Assembly: GCF_009557235.1 (NCBI RefSeq)
Contig: NZ_CP045650.1
Coordinates: 270,001-302,000, forward strand
Direction of reading: 5' to 3'
DNA: 32,000 bases
Source: Acinetobacter wanghuae
GTDB lineage: Bacteria > Pseudomonadota > Gammaproteobacteria > Pseudomonadales > Moraxellaceae
In this document: one piece after another, positions 29,531-32,000 of the stretch
Position numbering within the stretch: position 1 is the first letter of the stretch
Layout: the number at the start of each line of letters is the position of its first letter
The notes under the pieces: model-generated
Told to the model about the DNA's origin: nothing
The model's database searches: none
The model's input: the letters and a program-made list of their open reading frames with translations, nothing else
Position numbers and translations under genes: made by a program

Positions 29531-29548
29531 TGTTCAATATATTGAACA
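29531..29548. promoter_or_regulatory. Perfect 18-nt palindrome upstream of the small secreted-peptide gene (candidate operator or 5'-UTR hairpin)
   Basis: TGTTCAATA|TATTGAACA lies 22-39 nt upstream of the ATG at 29509. Confidence 0.4.
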
Positions 29549-29779
29549 GGGGAGATAACAATCTATTTAATGTGAAAAGGATAGCAAAGTTGGTATTTTA
29601 TAAAATGATCAAATCGGCAACGTTTAAAATTTATTCTATTTTTTTGTTAATAAAATAAATAACTTAGAATAAAAACTCTAATTTATTGTGCATGTTTAGC
29701 TGTATTGTTATGACGAAGAAAATAAAAATATTGAGCCGAAGACGTTGAAAGTAGGTTAGATTTTTTTAGACAGAAAGCC

Positions 29780-29809
29780 AAAAAAAATCCCCATCGAGGA
29801 TGAGGATTT
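29780..29809 (-). terminator. Rho-independent terminator of the DsbA-like gene
   Basis: On the minus strand, stem aaatcctcatc / gatggggattt (one G-U pair) with a 3-nt loop, followed by a run of T. It lies 15 nt after the stop codon. Confidence 0.75.
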
Positions 29810-29823
29810 TTCACACGAAAATT

Positions 29824-30513
29824 TTACTTTTGCTCAATATCACATGATGTATCATGACATTGATCTGCATCCGCTGCTGTTTGTGGTGCTTCAGCTGCTT
29901 TTTCAAAAACCTGTAAGAACACTTCTTTCGGTTGAGCACCTGCAAGTGCAATACGTTGATCAAATACGAAGAAGGGAACACCTGTTACTTTTAGTTGATC
30001 ACGAGCAACTTCTTGATCGAATTCAACGAAATCTGCATATTCATTTGAATCGAGTAAATCATCCACTTCAACTGGATTTAAACCAATACGTGCAGCAACA
30101 TCTTCAAGTGTTTCACGTTCACCAATCGGTAAACCTTGGGTCATATAGCTAAAGAATAAAGCTTCTTTTGCTTCATTGCCCAAGCCTTTACTTTGTGCCA
30201 AATGAATTAAGCGATGTGCGTTAAAGGTATTGCCTGAGTTTGCACCTTCCCAATTAAATTCAATGCCTTCCGCTTTTGCCATTTCTGCAATATTACGTTG
30301 CATATCTTCAACATCAGCTACAGTACGATTATATTTAATGGCTAAGCGTTCTGAGTTAGAGATTTCTTGACGTACGGGTGCTTCAGGATCCAATTGGAAA
30401 CTGTGCCAATGTACTTCAAGTTCAATACCTGCCTCAGTCGCAGCAGCTTCTAAACGTTTTTTCCCAATATAGCAAAATGGGCAAACCACATCAGACCAAA
30501 TATCAACGCGCAT
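29824..30513 (-). CDS. DsbA-family thiol:disulfide oxidoreductase, FrnE-like
   Basis: 229 aa with no signal peptide. N-terminal active site DVVCPFCYIGK (CxxC). DsbA/FrnE-like body (VTGVPFFVFD). The C-terminal tail has C-x4-C (QCHDTSCD). Confidence 0.8.
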   Translation of the reverse strand: MRVDIWSDVVCPFCYIGKKRLEAAATEAGIELEVHWHSFQLDPEAPVRQEISNSERLAIKYNRTVADVEDMQRNIAEMAKAEGIEFNWEGANSGNTFNAHRLIHLAQSKGLGNEAKEALFFSYMTQGLPIGERETLEDVAARIGLNPVEVDDLLDSNEYADFVEFDQEVARDQLKVTGVPFFVFDQRIALAGAQPKEVFLQVFEKAAEAPQTAADADQCHDTSCDIEQK

Positions 30514-30865
30514 AGATGTCTCGAAATTTTATGTTGCTTAAATTAATGAGGGCAGGAACTCCAAATTTAAAGTTTAAATTAAAGAACTGGCATAAATAAG
30601 TGTCGTTTAGCGAATTTTTAAAATCTGTGAAATCTACTTAAATACCTCAATAAGGATGCTTTTTATGGTGATAGCATGATGTTTTTAAATATGAATTTAT
30701 AAACAATTAAGATAAAAGATTACGTTTTATGAAGTTTAACGGATCGTCGTGGATGTATAAAAGATGGGCGCTTATTAGTCTGTATTTGTATAAAACAGAC
30801 TCAACATGACAAGTAAATTAGACAAGAGAAGAAATATGATGATCATGAATAAAATGATAAAGCAT

Positions 30866-30893
30866 AAAAAAACGCCACGAAAGGCGTTTTTTT
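30866..30893 (-). terminator. Terminator of the CoA-transferase gene (bidirectional in shape)
   Basis: aaaaaaacgcc / ggcgttttttt with a 6-nt loop. It lies 33 nt after the stop at 30926. Confidence 0.8.
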
Positions 30894-30925
30894 ATGGACT
30901 TCAAAGCGAAAGCCAATCAGGGGAA

Positions 30926-32000
30926 TTAACCCGCTAACATATGACCTTTTTCTTCAAAGTTTGCATGCCATTCTAATGCTTCGTGAAGCAGGTGAGGCGT
31001 TTGACCACCACGCTCACAAGCGCGTGTGAAGTAATCATTTAACGCATCACGGTACATTGGGTGCGCACAGTTATCAATGATCGCACGTGCACGCTCACGC
31101 GGTGCTAAACCACGTAAATCAGCAAGACCTTGTTCTGTAACCAACACATCGACATCATGACCTGTATGGTCAACGTGAGACGCAAATGGAACAACAGACG
31201 AGATATCACCGCCTTTGGCAATTGATTTGGTCACGAAGATGGCAATATGTGCATTACGCGCAAAGTCACCTGAACCACCAATACCGTTCATCATTTTGCT
31301 ACCGCAGACGTGAGTGGAGTTCACGTTACCGTAGATATCGAATTCAAGCGCAGTGTTGATGCCGATAATCCCTAAACGGCGGACAATTTCAGGATGGTTT
31401 GAGATTTCTTGTGGACGTAGTACAAGTTTATCTTTGTAGTGTTCAAGGTTGTTAAATACTTTTTCGCCATATTTAGCAGAAAGGGTAATTGAAGAACCTG
31501 ACGCAAATTTCATTTTACCCGCATCAATTAATTCAAACGTACAGTCTTGAAGAACTTCTGAGTACATGATCAAGTCTTCAAAGTTTGAATCTTTCAAGCC
31601 AGTTAATACCGCATTGGCAATTGAACCAATACCTGCTTGTAATGGACCTAAGTTTTTAGGCAAACGGTCTTCAGCCACTTCTTTTTCAAAGAAAGCGATC
31701 AAGTGGTTTGCAATGCCTTGAGTTTCATCATCTGGCGCAGTCACAGTTGATGGAGAGTCATGGTATTCATTGTTAAACACGATGCCTACGATTTTTGCAG
31801 GATCGATGTTAATCGCTTGAGTACCAATACGCTCATCAACATGAGTCAACGGAATCGCTTGACGTGTTGGACGATAGGTTGGGATATAAATATCGTGTAA
31901 GCCTTCAAAAGCAGGGCTTAAGTTGGTGTTGATTTCAACAATTACTTTTTCTGCAAAAATTGCAAAGCTTGCAGAGTTACCAACCGATGTTGTTGGAATA
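30926..32000 (-). CDS. Acetyl-CoA hydrolase/transferase family protein (succinyl-CoA:acetate CoA-transferase-like), C-terminal part; the 5' end lies outside the window
   Basis: The minus-strand frame stays open from 31849 to the window edge (...VEINTNLSPAFEGLHDIYIPTYRPTRQAIPLTHVDERIG...), so the track start at 31849 is an internal TTG. Family blocks are LQAGIGSIANAVL, YSEVLQD and MNGIGGSGDFARNA. Confidence 0.8.
   Translation of the reverse strand, partial: IPTTSVGNSASFAIFAEKVIVEINTNLSPAFEGLHDIYIPTYRPTRQAIPLTHVDERIGTQAINIDPAKIVGIVFNNEYHDSPSTVTAPDDETQGIANHLIAFFEKEVAEDRLPKNLGPLQAGIGSIANAVLTGLKDSNFEDLIMYSEVLQDCTFELIDAGKMKFASGSSITLSAKYGEKVFNNLEHYKDKLVLRPQEISNHPEIVRRLGIIGINTALEFDIYGNVNSTHVCGSKMMNGIGGSGDFARNAHIAIFVTKSIAKGGDISSVVPFASHVDHTGHDVDVLVTEQGLADLRGLAPRERARAIIDNCAHPMYRDALNDYFTRACERGGQTPHLLHEALEWHANFEEKGHMLAG

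Noticed and set aside
30514-30925. 412-nt AT-rich gap between the DsbA-like and CoA-transferase genes, searched for small ORFs or an sRNA
   Set aside because: I found only a 7-bp hairpin (30777-30801) without a U-tract and a 26-codon ORF lacking an SD. Part of the gap must hold the DsbA-like gene promoter and the downstream gene's terminator. There is no supportable feature.

Overview
Chromosomal window from an AT-rich gammaproteobacterium, most likely Acinetobacter or another Moraxellaceae member. This is judged from memory of EF-Tu, RpoB/RpoC and L7/L12 sequences and from gene order, not from a search. Bases 1-18600 are conserved core: the 3' part of gspD, an FHA-domain protein, gph, trpE, the tRNA-Thr/Tyr/Gly/Thr-tuf operon, secE-nusG, rplKAJL and rpoBC. 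Bases 18700-26200 carry envelope and stress genes: a secreted protein, a glycine-zipper lipoprotein, a DUF4442-like protein, an epoxide-hydrolase-like alpha/beta hydrolase, a YuiF-like transporter, ompW, a DUF1311 protein and htpG. Bases 26260-32000 are a minus-strand run: a predicted outer-membrane barrel, a 475-aa and a ~60-aa protein of unknown function, a 58-aa secreted peptide gene missing from the ORF track, an FrnE-like DsbA oxidoreductase and a partial acetyl-CoA hydrolase/transferase gene. I saw no transposase, integrase, CRISPR array, rRNA or prophage signature. The observations most worth a second look are: (1) the uncharacterised minus-strand module at 26264-29092; (2) tuf is split by an apparent 2-nt deletion; (3) a decayed tRNA-Trp-like sequence with CTA at the anticodon position sits where tRNA-Trp lies in related genomes; (4) a compact three-way-junction-like G/C element in the rpoB-rpoC spacer; (5) the small secreted peptide gene with its own terminator and an 18-nt perfect palindrome upstream. 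I cannot show that any of these is a new biological system. The 26.2-29.5 kb block is the best candidate, and its function is unassigned.
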